Origin: Ophelia neglecta
Lineage: Eukaryota
Assembly (NCBI GenBank): GCA_965285935.1
Contig: OZ260664.1
Location: forward strand, 78,740,001-78,804,000
DNA: 64,000 nucleotides
Reading direction: 5' to 3'
Shown here piece after piece: positions 13,701-26,929 of this stretch (within the stretch, counting starts at the first letter, position 1; each line of letters starts with the position of its first letter). Under the pieces are notes generated by a model. It made no database searches. It worked only from the letters and a program-made list of their open reading frames with translations, and was not told where the DNA came from. A program made the position numbers and the translations under genes.

Positions 13701-16617
13701 GTACTTTGAAATAATAATAGTCCTTTCAAAGCAAGCACTTCATTTTGGCCATCTGAGGTCTCTTAAATGACAAATCCCCCACAATAAGATGGTCAGAACT
13801 TGGCCAGCCTCCAGATGATTCCTAGGAGAACACCTTCCTCTGCTGGAGATGCAGAGGATCCCAAGAAGACATTCAGCAGACCATGAGACCACCTTGTGAC
13901 TAATGAACTGATGGTTTTGTATGCTGATGATACAGGTGTCATCAGATTATAATCAAAGCCCAGATTGACCTTTAGGTAGAGGGTCATCAGACTTTGTGAA
14001 GGCCACCGGGTTCAACTCCATTGCTGATTACATGAGCACATGAAGCTTTAAGGTCCGGAGGTGCCCCTTGACTGATCATACAATGCTCAGGAGACTTTGA
14101 GACCCAGATGTGACCACCTTCCCTGATGATACAGGTTCCATGGCACCATGGGCAGGGCAACCAATGGCCTTCAATCTATGCCCTCCTTGCTGATGATTCA
14201 GGACTCTTCACAGCTTAAGGCATAGAGTTCAAATTCATGACCTCCGTAGCTAATGGTACATGTTTCATCAGAATTTGAGATCTATATCCCTGCACATGTT
14301 GATTCCCTTGTGTCCCATAAAGGTCTGATGGCCACCATGGCTACTTGTGATCAGTCCTCCTGGTGGAAGGCCACACTTGCCTTAATTATTCACCAGAGAG
14401 CCTTTTAATCTAACCCGGCCATTGATATTAAACCAGATAATTACCCCATTCCTAAGACTTACATGTGCAGGCTCGTTTACCCGGCTTTCCTGTTCACATA
14501 AAGGTGATCATCTATACATCATTCAGGAACCGCTCCTTAGAATGTGTTTGTTCAAGTGTACAACCTTGAATTTGTCCGGCGACACCCTGATCTGCAATAC
14601 AGAAGTGCTGGTAAGCAACCCCCTGAAGAAATAACATTAGTTTGGGGTAAAATTCACCTCACAGAGCTAACCAACATGCTCAATCATATCAATTTAGACT
14701 AAAGAATGGATGCTGTTGATTATAAGGCCAGAGCCATTGGATAAGTAGATCCTTATTGTAGCCCACATCATGTCACATTGGCAGGGGTTTGACATGTTTT
14801 TGCCCTTATCCAAGCCAAATCAAATTGTTCACCTGGGCACCACATAATAAATAGTTTCAACCGTCCCCTATGTATCAATCTGAGCTTTATTGAAGCAGCC
14901 ACCCTCCAACAGCTCAACTGGCTTCACTTACTAAACTCTGTTTTTGTATTGTCAGTTTAAAAAAATTCCTGCTACCTCGCACATAAGCTAGGTACTCACT
15001 TTCTGGAATTAGTGCAAAGTGTATAGTCTGAAAAACGGGAGCCAGCCCTTGTGTCTTGAAATGCTGCCTTTGTCGGAGAGCATGATTGTGTTATTAGCTG
15101 GCTCTGTATCAGAAATGGCACATTTCGATGCTAACATTTATAATCTTACAACAGAGAGGTTGTGATTTGCCAATGGCTGGTGGCCACCTGAGACTTAAGC
15201 CTGCCCTCGTTACATGCCTGACCTTGCTGGCTGGCTGTCTCTGGCTAATTCCTGCATTCTGCGGGAAGAAAAGACCAAGGGATTTTGTGGCGTGTAGTCT
15301 GATTGTAGTCGTGTACCTCTGGCTTAGGTCTCCACCTATTCAGGCCTAGATCACAAATCAGCCCTGAACCAGCCGCCTGTGGCCTGATCTAGTTTTGTAT
15401 ACAGTCATGTTTTGGTGCTGGGTAGCGAGCATAATGCGTGTCTTTACTGTGGGTAGCAGTCCCAGAAGAGTGTCGGCCTGCCAGAACACATCAAGTCAGG
15501 TTGCTTACAAGCCACTGGGCACAGGTTAGCCCCCCCCCCTCAACCTGCCCTGTGAGTTCACAGAAATACAAACAACCCCTATGCGTTGATCCTATTCACT
15601 AAACTTAACCCAATTATGCAAAATGAGCAGTCCATCTTTCTCATTTACATGTAACCTAGTCACTTGAATGCCTTTTTCCTTATCCTTTTTTGTGCCCCTT
15701 TCCTCTCCCTTGCCTCTACTCCTTCAGACACAGATAAATCCCTATGCTTGCCACTTATGCCTGTTCCAATTCTGCTTTCTGCCAGACACCAAGCCTCTTT
15801 CTTTTCTTTTTGCTCGTATTTTTCTCCCTCTATTTCTACTAACTTTCATCCTTTTGAAGCCACCACTCAATCTACCCTATCTACAGTGACTTTTAACCAT
15901 CATCTTGTGACTGTTTCTCTTTCCCAAGACTCTGGGAGTCCCTTTTGCCCTAGACATCAAGGTGTTTCTGTAGCTCCTCCTATTAACAGAAACTGACAGT
16001 TGTCTTTGCCCCAGCCTTAGTAACCTGTGTCTTTCTCCCTCCATTCTTTTCTAATTTACTCTAAGGCACTCTCCTTCCCATATCTTTATATTGTTGCCCT
16101 CTCTCTTTCCATTTTGAGCCATTACCCCTTGCCTTCTGTACACGGTCTCCCATCTGCCCTCCTCCACTTTCTAATGTCTGACAATGGTTTTCTGTGTCAC
16201 CCTCCCTTCTAGACTCGGAGCCACCACATTTATCATAGATTATTGTCTTTTCCTGTCCCTGCCTCTCACCCTTGGAGCGCCTGTATTTGTCTTCTGCCTG
16301 TCTCTCCCTCATGTTATACACACTCCCAACCACTCCCTTAGTCTCCAAGTCACTATGACCATGGCTCTTTCTGCCAGTGATATTCATTACATTAGTCATA
16401 TGGTTTGGCTTTATAAATATACAATACCACCCTTTTTTCCTTGGACTGTACATAGATTACTAACTCCCCCTTCTCTGTTGACAACATATATATGTCTGAT
16501 GATAACTCAGCAAGGCTGAATTGAATAAGCCAACAGAACCATTACATCACAGCAATGGTTTCCTTGAAAAATAAGGTATGAAATACTCACTGTGTGCATA
16601 GAAACTGGACACGCATG

Positions 16618-16798
16618 TACATTGGTCCTTGTGATATAAGGCCTCTCCTAAATCCAAGGAAAAGTGGCCCTACATTGCAGCTGGCCCTTCATCAGAGGAA
16701 CTTAAGCATGGAAAGAAAGGACTAGGTAATTAAAAAATTGTCCTGCCATAGCAGGTGACCCTTCATATCAGGGACCCTACATTGCAGTGACCGTTGTA
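16618..16798. mobile_element. Possible decayed Tc1/mariner-type MITE
   Basis: TACA...TGTA ends and internal repeated ccctacattgcag / cccttcat motifs. Highly diverged. Confidence 0.3.
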
Positions 16799-19700
16799 CA
16801 TGCGTTGGATGTGATTTTGATGATAACATGAACAGATTTTGGTACACTTGGGAGTTTTTTTAGTAGTGTTTTACACATATGCAAAGGAGATATATATGTT
16901 TATCTGAAGAGTCAGCGTCATAGGATGTACGGTAGTTCATGAATAAGACAGAGGATGCCATTTACTAGAGACAGTTGTCCTACCATGTCTCCTGCCCTGT
17001 CCCATACATCAGTAGCCACCATTGAACATGTCATGGGCCCTGCTCATGAGGAAATCACCCTAAGTACCATCCGAACAAGTGGATTTCAAGCCTTTATCCA
17101 AAAGTGCATCAACATTGGACTGTAATATATCATAGGCTTAGAGGGAGGCCAGGCCTCTTATCTTCCTCTTCTGGCTAAGCCTCTAAGCTGTGTAATCTGG
17201 CCCATCATCAAATCTGGGACTCAACAAATTTGCTGTTCACCCATTTTCTGGTTTAAGCCTGTGGCTGCGAAGGAAATTGGTGACTAGCTTTGTGTTGAGG
17301 CTTCCAGACATAGTAGTGGAGACAATTAATATCCTTTTTATTTGGTTTGATAACAGTGGATAATTATATCTATCTCTTGATCAGCTGGAATGGTTTGTTG
17401 TGGGCAGAAATGACAAGGATGGTTATAGGAGCAAATGAGAGGCAGAGTTAATCTTGTCTTTTAGTCTCTAACCTTCAGTGTGTCAGCAGCACTGTCCAAA
17501 CCATCCCTGATCTTACCAAATATAAAACTCTCTGAGCCAGTATCAGCATGATCAGCGTCAGTATGTCAAAAAGGCATCAATATATTGAAGTACACCGTGG
17601 CAGGGACACAGCAGGGAGTGTCCCGGTGTAATGTCATATGTCTATCTTCATATTTATCACTACTTAGCAGGGATACGATTTACCACTTTCCATCAATATG
17701 GTCAATATGAGAACATTCTCTAGCTGTGTGACTGGTAGAAAGCTCGACTGTACACGGTCTGAGTGATGTGTGGTGGGGACACTGTGACCAGCAGGATGTC
17801 CCTAATAGAGGAGAGCTCTTCACAATCCACTTGGCTGCCGGCGATACCTGGCGCTCAGCGTGCTAAGTAGGCCTATTATTGTTCCTATTTGCCATTCATA
17901 GGCCACCAGCTGTGAGGGTATGAGCTTATTTAGTAATTCAATAACCTTTATGTGCTATGTGTCACATTGCGAATGGAAAATAACCCAGGAAATACAGTAA
18001 AGTGGCAAATAATATCCATCGAGGGTGACGATCTGTGTGTGTTGAGATGAATTGCTGTCTGGGACTCTCTCTATGATGGGGCGGGGGGGGGGGGGGATGG
18101 GAGGTAGGGTGTGGTCCATTGATAATCTTGAAGGGTGCTCGTCAGCTGCAGGTGATTGAGGCCCGGCTTAATTAAATACTGGCACAAAATACTGCATGGC
18201 CCAGTATCCATAAAGGTACCACACTACCCTGCTGTCATGGGTATGCTTTGGTAAGCTTTCGTAGTTACCCTACCTTCGTTAAGCCGGTAATTTATCACTA
18301 TATGATTGGCGGCATACATCCTTCATTATGTGAGGCCCATAAGTGCAAAATTCTTTCACACAAGAACAGGAAGAAGATAATAACTGGATTGCAATAAGTA
18401 GACTAGAACAGACAGTAAAAGGCATGAGACAAAGTGGGAGAAACATACAATCTTGATGTGCATTAAACAAGTGTCAGATATTCTGACTGACGGCTTGACT
18501 TGTACAATTCTGCTCAGAGCAACATGTAATGATCATACAGTAGGTATTATTGAGGCAGTAACTGCAGTTACCACAGCTGCAATAGCTGCAGTTACCACAT
18601 TAGTTATCGGGGTGATCCTGGAGTCGTCTGGTGCAAATCCAATTTGAAAAACACAGCTCTTTGGTTGAATTATTGGAGTTAATTTGAAAGCTGATGATCG
18701 GTGGTCCCGAGATGATTTCACGCGTACCCGTAAGCCAAATCTTAGAATCATTAATCAAGAAGTGCATTACTACTCTACCAGGTGGCATTGTGAAATACGG
18801 GACATTTCACAGCTGTGCTTCTTGTCCTATTTGCTCAACTGACTGGGATGTAGCACAATAGATAAAAACGAATAGCTCCAACTGACATTTTCCCCTGCCA
18901 GGGCTGTTAAGAACCAAGAAGATTGCATGTTGATCTGTGCCGCTTCCGACTGAACAGGTTGAAATTGCTCTCTGTCTAATATCAATCTGCAAAGAAACTA
19001 TTATTAAGACAGGACAGCTTTTAATACACATGATATTAAATTGATAAATAATCCAATATTGGTCTCCTGACAACTTAATTGGTTTGTGTTTTGTTTCTCA
19101 TAAGCATTGACACATTATTTTATTGGATCTTAAGAAGACAAATTTTTTTTTGATCTAGATAACATATTAAATAATTGTCAAATATCAATGCTGCCCTGTC
19201 CTTATTGGGAGTGTATTTTCATGGCGTATTCCCAAGAGATCTGTGACAATTGATATTTTCCTGATAAATGGGTATTCAGGACTCGCCAGATGATCACAGT
19301 AAACAATTTAATCATTCCCTTTGTTATTATCACAACCAATGATATATGGGCCAGTTTACTTGATATTGGATTTTCATGTATCTCATATCATATAGTTGGC
19401 ATATTGTTTCTGCCATGGAAAATTTGATATTTTAAGCAAATAATGTCTGTACATTAGTTAAGGACATAATAGCACTATGTTGTATATACATATGGCCTAG
19501 CAGTTGGCATAGTGAAGAAACTGCAAAGTTTGACCACAATCAACTAGTTGGGAGGCTGCACTGACCGATGATGAATGGACAGGATTTCAGTTGGTTGGTC
19601 ATCAGCATATGTTTAGTCTTAGGCAAAGTCTCTTTATTTCAGATGAGATTTTTGAAATAATAAAAAAAGTTCTTGTACTAGGCTTTAATATCACGTACAC

Positions 19701-21339
19701 AAATAAGGGAATCTACTAACAGGCTAGATGATATCTGGAGGTCAGTTGGAGGGGAAAGGGATCATCCAATGTTTATCTTCCAATTTTTATCATACTACTG
19801 ATTCTGCATACTATAAATTAATTAACAGTTAATACTTACTTCTGTACAACATGCAACTAAGTTCTGATTGTTACCTGATGAGGGGTGTAACCATGCACTT
19901 TAAATATGTAGAAACTTGTAAATTACTTCTTCTAGTACTCATCAATCAACATGGATTACCTTGAAAGTTTCTCTCTAATTTATGGTAATTCCGGAGTTAA
20001 AAAATCTATATTCCTGCTAAGAGCCAAAGCAGACAAATCATTTGACACATCTCTTGACAAATTAGCTGTCAGTAAGAATGTCACATTTTGATTTCTATAC
20101 AAAAATTGTTAACTTTAAGAAATAGCATTATCATGCTTGGAGAATCATTGCAATTATTTTCAATCAGCATTTTCAAGATTTGTTATGACTTGTTATGCCA
20201 TCAAAGCAGTTCTGGCATTATCCTACAGCCTAGGGCCCTAGTTTCTGTTATATTAATTCAATTGATGGATGTTCCAGCACTTCATAATTGAGTACTTTTA
20301 TTAAAGGAAACCCATCATAATTGGGGGGGGGGGATTAGGAAGCTATTGAGTAGAGTCAGAAATATGGGCCTCTTTGTAAATGGTTGATTGATTACTTTTA
20401 TCAGGTGAATTTGAGCATCTATGGGAAAATGAAACACTTTGTTTGCTGATTTGGACAGAAAAACTGTGAAGCTTTTGAAATGTTCCTATGCAGGTTTTTG
20501 ATTGGCTTCTTAACAGATGGCTGTAACATATAGCTGCAACACATCTATTATAGTGGCAACCACTCATAGTGGTAGGTTTTGTCCATGAAGTCCTATTTCT
20601 CTAGGAGAGAATGTACCTGTGTACATGATAGATCAAGGTAGTATTATAAACAAAGGGAGCCTGCTCATGTACATGTACTTGACTGCCTTGGAGGCTAGTG
20701 ATCTGGACAAGTAAACCACCAGCTGAAAGCCTGAACTTAATACAGATAAATTACCCCAGCATTAGACCACACCTGCTCAGGATTGACCCCCGAGGTTCTG
20801 AAAGGCTACAACTTTGTTAGTTTCTTTCAAATCAACCAAAAATGTCAATAATTAAGTCAGCCTAGAAATGCCCTTTTATTACCTAACTACCTGTTGTCCA
20901 TATATAGTGGCCACTTGTCCGGTAAAACACCTCTTTTGTAAGAATTCAGCAGACATCTCTCTTGGCTTTGATAATTGACCTTTTCTTTAGGGAAATTTTT
21001 GAATGTTCATCTTTGGTCCTGTAGTCTAGTTGGGCTTGACTTTTGTACTAATGGGTTCTTTAATTGTCGTCTGCTCCCATTGATTACTCAGCAGCCATCA
21101 TTCTAATTAATTTAAGAATGTGTGCAAAGCCTTGAGTGTTTGCCGTGTAGTCTAGACTGAGGTGGGATAAGGCATGCAAGCAAAGTTCAATGACTGCAGC
21201 TCTTGCATTGGAAATCAAATTTGTTAAGGCCCCTCAAACTTTTTGTTGTTTTTTCCTAAATTAAATAACATGTGCTGACCTCTGCATACATAAAAAGTAC
21301 TTCACATGTAATCAAATTGTTTCTTTTGTACAATTTCAG

Positions 21340-21515
21340 GAAGAGGAAATAGAAAAGAGAAAAAGTGAAATGATGAACTCGTCGCGGATGGAAGCGGAAG
21401 TGAAGGAGTTAAGGAAAGAGAATCATGAGCTCAAACAGTACATCCTGGCTCTTCAGGGGGAGGTCTACGGGGCACGGCTGGCAGCAAAATACCTGGACAA
21501 GGAACTCGCCGGAAG
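21340..21515 (+). CDS. GOPC: GOPC coding exon (second coiled-coil region)
   Basis: Acceptor tttcag at 21334-21339 and donor GTAGGT at 21516. Translation [58 protein letters not shown](R) matches the GOPC motif EAEVKxLRKEN...[22 protein letters not shown]. Confidence 0.95.
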
Positions 21516-21949
21516 GTAGGTCAATCATGAGTTCAAACAGTACATTCCGGCTCTTCAGGGGGAGGTCTACGGGGCAGGACTGGCAGCAAAATACCTGGAC
21601 AAGGAACTCGCTGGAAGGTAGGTCAATCATGAGTTCAAACAGTACATCCTGGCTCTTCAGGGGGAGGTCTACGGGGCAGGACTGGCAGCAAAATACCTGG
21701 ACAAGGAACTCGCCGGAAGGTAGGTCAATCATGAGTTCAAACAGTACATCCTGGCTCTTCAGGGGGAGGTCTACGGGGCAGGACTGGCAGCAAAATACCT
21801 GGACAAGGAACTGGTCGGAAGGTAGGTCAATCATGAGCCCAAACAGTACATCCTGGCTCTTCAGGGGGAGGTCTACGGGGCAGGACTGGCAGCAAAATAC
21901 CTGGACAAGGAACTGGTCGGAAGGTAGGTCAAACATGAGTTCAAACAGT
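21421..21949 (+). repeat. 102-bp tandem repeat (5 copies + partial) made of the last 95 nt of the GOPC exon plus 7 nt of the donor site
   Basis: Units start at 21421, 21523, 21625, 21727 and 21829, with a partial at 21931. Each full unit ends ggaag|gtaggtc. Confidence 0.97.
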
Positions 21950-24900
21950 TCAAACCCTTCCTGACAGACACTAACACTACGGTAATATATAGCCCCATCC
22001 TGACCCTTATTCTATTTGTAATCAGTGGATTGAGCTTATTGTGTCCAGAATTTACTGTATACAAATTAACCAAAGCTATTAAACCTCCTTTGTACACAGA
22101 TCATGCAAATTTTACAAACGTAAATAAAGTCTAATCAAAACATATATTGCTTCCAGCCATCTATATATAGAAGGTATAACAAGCTCTCTCGTGTTCAAGG
22201 ACAACTTAGAGGCTTTGGCAGCAGTAGAATTTCATTGCTGGATAAGCTCGCAGAAATCGCATAGACCTGGTAAAGAATAAGTTGATAACTAGGTTAGCCT
22301 CTTGTATTAAAGGACCCCCAATTGTGGACCCGTACAGTTTTAACTATTGTCTGAATATTAGCCAACTTTTGCACTTCCGGATGTGGAGTGGTTTCTTCAC
22401 AAGTTTCGTGATTGCCAAACAGGGAGCAATATGTCAACCGGGGGAATGAGGTCATTACCACTGCTCACTACCATGACTACTCTGGCTTCCTGTGATAACA
22501 CAATGCTTTGGATATGCAGCCCGTTTCTATAAATTAAAGTACTTTGGTTATAGTGCAGGCTGAATGGCAAAACTAACAGATCCCCTGGAGAGTGTTTAAG
22601 AATAGATGGGTCTATAGTTTTCCTGCTGAATTTACAGTTGAAAATGTAATCAGTGGTGCTGTAAAAATGACCACATTGAGACTTGTAAATCTTCTATTTT
22701 TTTTGGAAAAAAAAACGAAATTACTTTCCTATTTTCTTTCCAAATAATTCACTTTTCTCCCAGCTGATTCAGTTTTACATGGACATGGGGCATAATCATC
22801 ACTCAATGGTTGGGTAATACGCTGTGAAGAAGAACAAGAGTGCTCTTGACGGTGAAGCTTGTCCTATTAGCAGAGCTGATGGAAAAAAAGGCAGCCCTAA
22901 TAAGAATATGAATCATAGAGTCTTTATCCTGCCCACCATGGCCTTGGAATAATACCAACTCTCCAGGATATCCAAAATGCTATTTTTTCTGCTCTCCACA
23001 ATTAAGATAACCCAAGCCATCATGGCTATAATCCTTGCTATGCCATTCCTTAAAGGGGTAATTTGCTTCAAAGCAGACAGGCTGAAATCTGATCACTTCC
23101 TACCATACAGGGAACCATTATCGATGCTCTGCTGGGTCAGATCCTTTCTTTAATATATTAAAATGGATGAGGGTAAACAGTCTTATCTTGCCCGAAAAAA
23201 AAGAACAGTGATTTTTGAAGCCTCACTAACGGTGTTAATATTTTCAACAGGGAATTCCAGCTTTATCGGTCAGTGGAACACTTCCAGTTCCTTCCAGTTT
23301 CCAAACTCCTTGTTGTGTCCATCATGGATTGCCGACCCGTCTAAGAACTGTTGCCTGAACCATCTCTAGTTGACTAGAAAACACACATTTCCTTCAAATA
23401 TTTGTGGAATACTGGTGTCCCCTAAGGAGGTTAATAAGACAGCCAGCTAGACTGTGATTGAAGACCTTGAGTTAGATGTCCTTGTGTTTGACAGCCTTTG
23501 CCTGGCTTTCTGGGTTCACTGCACACAGCTTTGGGCATTGGATTTACACCGCTTTTTATTCAGCAAATTCAGGATTTATTGAACAGGGTGCTAATTTCAA
23601 TCGCATTAATTCTACATCCTCAATTAATTCCTAATTTGAAGGCAGGGAGGTGGATGACGATTTGTTTCATTTCATGCCAGAATGGAATAATTGTATTTTT
23701 GTCTTATTTCAAAGTAGACTCTTGACATTCCAGTTGTCTTATTCAAACCTGGCAAGAATAAGAATTCAATTTATAAGATACTTGTGCATACATTACCCAA
23801 GTTAAGGGATAACTCTGGATCAAAGTTTTACAAATCTGACTGGCCAAAAGACCATGAGATATGTCTAGTAGTCCCCACCTGATAGCCTAGGTCTAAGGTC
23901 TCTGTGAGATATATCAGACTTCAGTTACTGAGAGTATAGACTAGCTTATACATCTGAATGACCACAAACACCAATAGGTTCTGTCTTATCTAAATAAAAG
24001 GAACTGATACACAGAAAATAATAAGGGACTCTGCATGGAATTAGTTAAATCATTAAAAAAAAAGTACAATAATATTACTTTGTGTATCAAACTAATCCTT
24101 TATTTATATTTTGACATTAAGGAAGACCACTGACCAAAGTTAGTACATTAGATTAATTATTATTATGATTTCTATGAACTTTAAGGCAGCCCATACTGTG
24201 TGTTTTGAACATTGAATTAGTTACTCCTGTTTATCTGGAAATATTTGTATTTTAATCAATGGATTGTCCCATCAAACTACATGTGTAGGTACTCCATCCC
24301 AAAGCTTAATTCTTCCACTCTCATTCACTAGAGCATTTCTCTCTCCCCATGTCCCCATGGAGACCTGTATCTCCCAAACACTGACTTTACAAGGCAGAAC
24401 ATAGTGTATGACAACGCTGGTTTGACAGTACATGTACTACTATGTATATATATAAATATAACTATGTCCTGTACTCTGTGTAAAATGACATACACATCCT
24501 TCCGCCACTAAAGTGCAGATTCCCCAAGCAGTGAATGGAGAAGTAGTGGAGTGTAGTGACAGGTGATAGGAGAATCTTTCTGTAAAGAAAGGCCCGTGTG
24601 TTATTGATGGTGTGTTTACTACCTCCTCACAATGGTAGAACCCTGGATATAGATATGGTTGACAGAACACACATACTTCTTCACTTGTCCCCAGATATGG
24701 GTTGGTAAATGAGGTTAATGACTCTGAGTCACATGGTCTCTATCACAGTAAATATTTAGGCCTACATTCTTAACTGGGCAAGTAGTATGTCGGTTTGAAT
24801 TCTTGCCACTAACATATGATTAAACAGGTATTTGGTAAATTATGCAGGATTGGCTGGCAGGGCAGGTGGTGGTCTCTGAAGGGTGACTGCCTAGACAGCT

Positions 24901-25723
24901 ACTTACCTGTTATAACTTAAATGTTGTTAGTTGGCCGGCGCTAATCAGACCATGAATAAAGCCAAGGTATGCTTTGAATTAGATGTAAATCTACATGTAC
25001 CTGTCTGAACTGGTGAATCTTTTACGATGCATTATATAATGAATATATAGTAAAAAACCATGTATCAACAAAACTTAATATTTGTCGCTCTCATTATCCA
25101 TTAAGATTATAAATATATAATTTGAGTGCACTGCCTAGCTATATAAGAATTGAAATTTAAAAAAAAATTGTCCATGTTCTGAATATAGGTTTAATAAGTA
25201 GCTCTTATAAGAAGTAGTGTACTTACAAGTCCATGTATGGTGGTAAACAAAATAGTTGTACTACTATGTGTAATAGTCTTCTCGACATTATAAATACATC
25301 AGAATGAGGTTCGCTTTGATATGCTGTTTATATATACCATATATAGGTATGCTTTGAATGTTGAAAATGTCATCATGTTAAAACTTACAGTGCAAGATAG
25401 GCATATCAGATATATTTAAGAATTTTAGGAAATTGTATACAAGGAATCCAGTGGTGACATCCAATCTCATCATGGGTCGTTTTTAAGGTCACATGGAGAC
25501 TCAGCACTTTTTTGCTAGTCTTGACTAGCTAATGGTGCAAGACAGGGGTTGTTCTACAGTCAGAGTCAAGTATGGCCAGAATCCGGTTATGTCCATGCTT
25601 AAAATTCCTTTGAAATTCTTACATCATTTTAGTATGTAAAAGGGCTTGGACTTGTAAACGCAGTGTTGTGTGGTATAAGTTGATTATATATCAAATTGAT
25701 TTAAGAATGTCCTTATTTTCCAG

Positions 25724-25889
25724 GATTCAGCAGATCCAATTGTTGGGTCGGGACATGAAGGGTGCTGAACATGATAAGCTGTGGAACCAACTGGAGGCTG
25801 AGATACACCTCCATCGCCACAAGACTGTGATACGGGCCTGTAGAGGGCGCACCTCGCGCAGAAAGAAACAGGCCATCCCGCCTGGACAC
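25724..25889 (+). CDS. GOPC: GOPC coding exon
   Basis: Acceptor ttttccag and donor GTATGT. (R)[55 protein letters not shown]; the phase joins the previous exon (AG+G = Arg). Confidence 0.96.
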
Positions 25890-26188
25890 GTATGTCATAC
25901 TACTTATTGCTACCAGTGTGGCTGACGTTTACTGCTGAGAAAATGTATTATAAGTGTATTAATCATCATATAAATTTGAATAGATAACTATTATCAGATT
26001 TGTACAGTCAGGAAATATATAATATGAATGATTTTTAATAGAGCAAAGAAGGTAATAATCCGTTTTAGTTGAATGTTTAAATTGTTTGGTTGCCGACAAC
26101 TGCTTCATTGTAATTTGATTTGCCCTCACCAGGCCATCTTGAATGGCTCTCTGTAGAGAATGTTCTGGTAATAGACATCTTTTTACAG

Positions 26189-26284
26189 GATTTTAATTCA
26201 TTAAAAAGAAGGCAGGGGGTCGGAGACATCAGAAAAGTACAGTTACATAAAGGTCCGGAGGAAGGGTTAGGAATGTCTATAACC
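26189..26284 (+). CDS. GOPC: GOPC coding exon (PDZ N-terminal part)
   Basis: Acceptor ttttacag and donor GTGAGT. DFNSLKRRQGVGDIRKVQLHKGPEEGLGMSIT contains the PDZ carboxylate-binding loop (GLGMSI). Confidence 0.95.
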
Positions 26285-26689
26285 GTGAGTAGTATGATAC
26301 GGGAATTGTTGTCATAATATTTGCCATACTACTAGGGATTCACTATGAATTAATTCGTTTTTCGGAGGAATAATGTTATGTTTGCCTTTTCTGTCACAAT
26401 ATATTGGCAAGCCTTGAAGTTTGCTCATTTTAACAGAGTCTGTCTGCAATGGAGAGGAAGTTGTGGGTATTGTTCTGTGAGAAGTTTTGTTTCCAAGCAT
26501 TAAAAATCCTTTTCTCATTGAAAGATTTTTGTTAACGAGGCCTTCTATCAAACCAAAAAATTGTCATGTTCTGTTGGTTGTTGTGTAATATGTGTTCTTA
26601 ATCTAATGACAGATTGTTGTACCTTTTTTTCTTAATGTCATTTAAAAGTCCTCAAGTGATTTGGAGAAAATTGTATTTGCTGCTTGCAG

Positions 26690-26854
26690 GGTGGTAAAGA
26701 ACATGGAGTTCCGATACTGATATCTGAGATACACGAGGGTCAGCCGGCAGACCGGTGTCGAGGTCTCTACATAGGGGACGCCATTCTGTCTGTCAATGGA
26801 ACAGATCTGCGCAACGCCAAACATGCTGAGGCTGTACAAATACTCTCCCAACAG
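26690..26854 (+). CDS. GOPC: GOPC coding exon (PDZ core)
   Basis: Acceptor ttgcag and donor [61 protein letters not shown]. Confidence 0.97.
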
Positions 26855-26929
26855 GTAGGAAAAGACTGGTTTAAGTAATGTACATCTACATACTTGTCCC
26901 TCAAACAGATAAAATCATTAAAAAAAAAA

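Noticed and set aside
21516-21617. Repeat units acting as new mini-exons via internal ctcttcag acceptor
   Set aside because: This would need a 43-nt first intron and gives 59-nt frameshifting exons, so it is not a productive exon duplication.
21409-21964. 175-aa (-) and 179-aa (+) repetitive ORFs
   Set aside because: These are by-products of the 102-bp (multiple of 3) repeat read in non-GOPC frames. There is no independent coding evidence.
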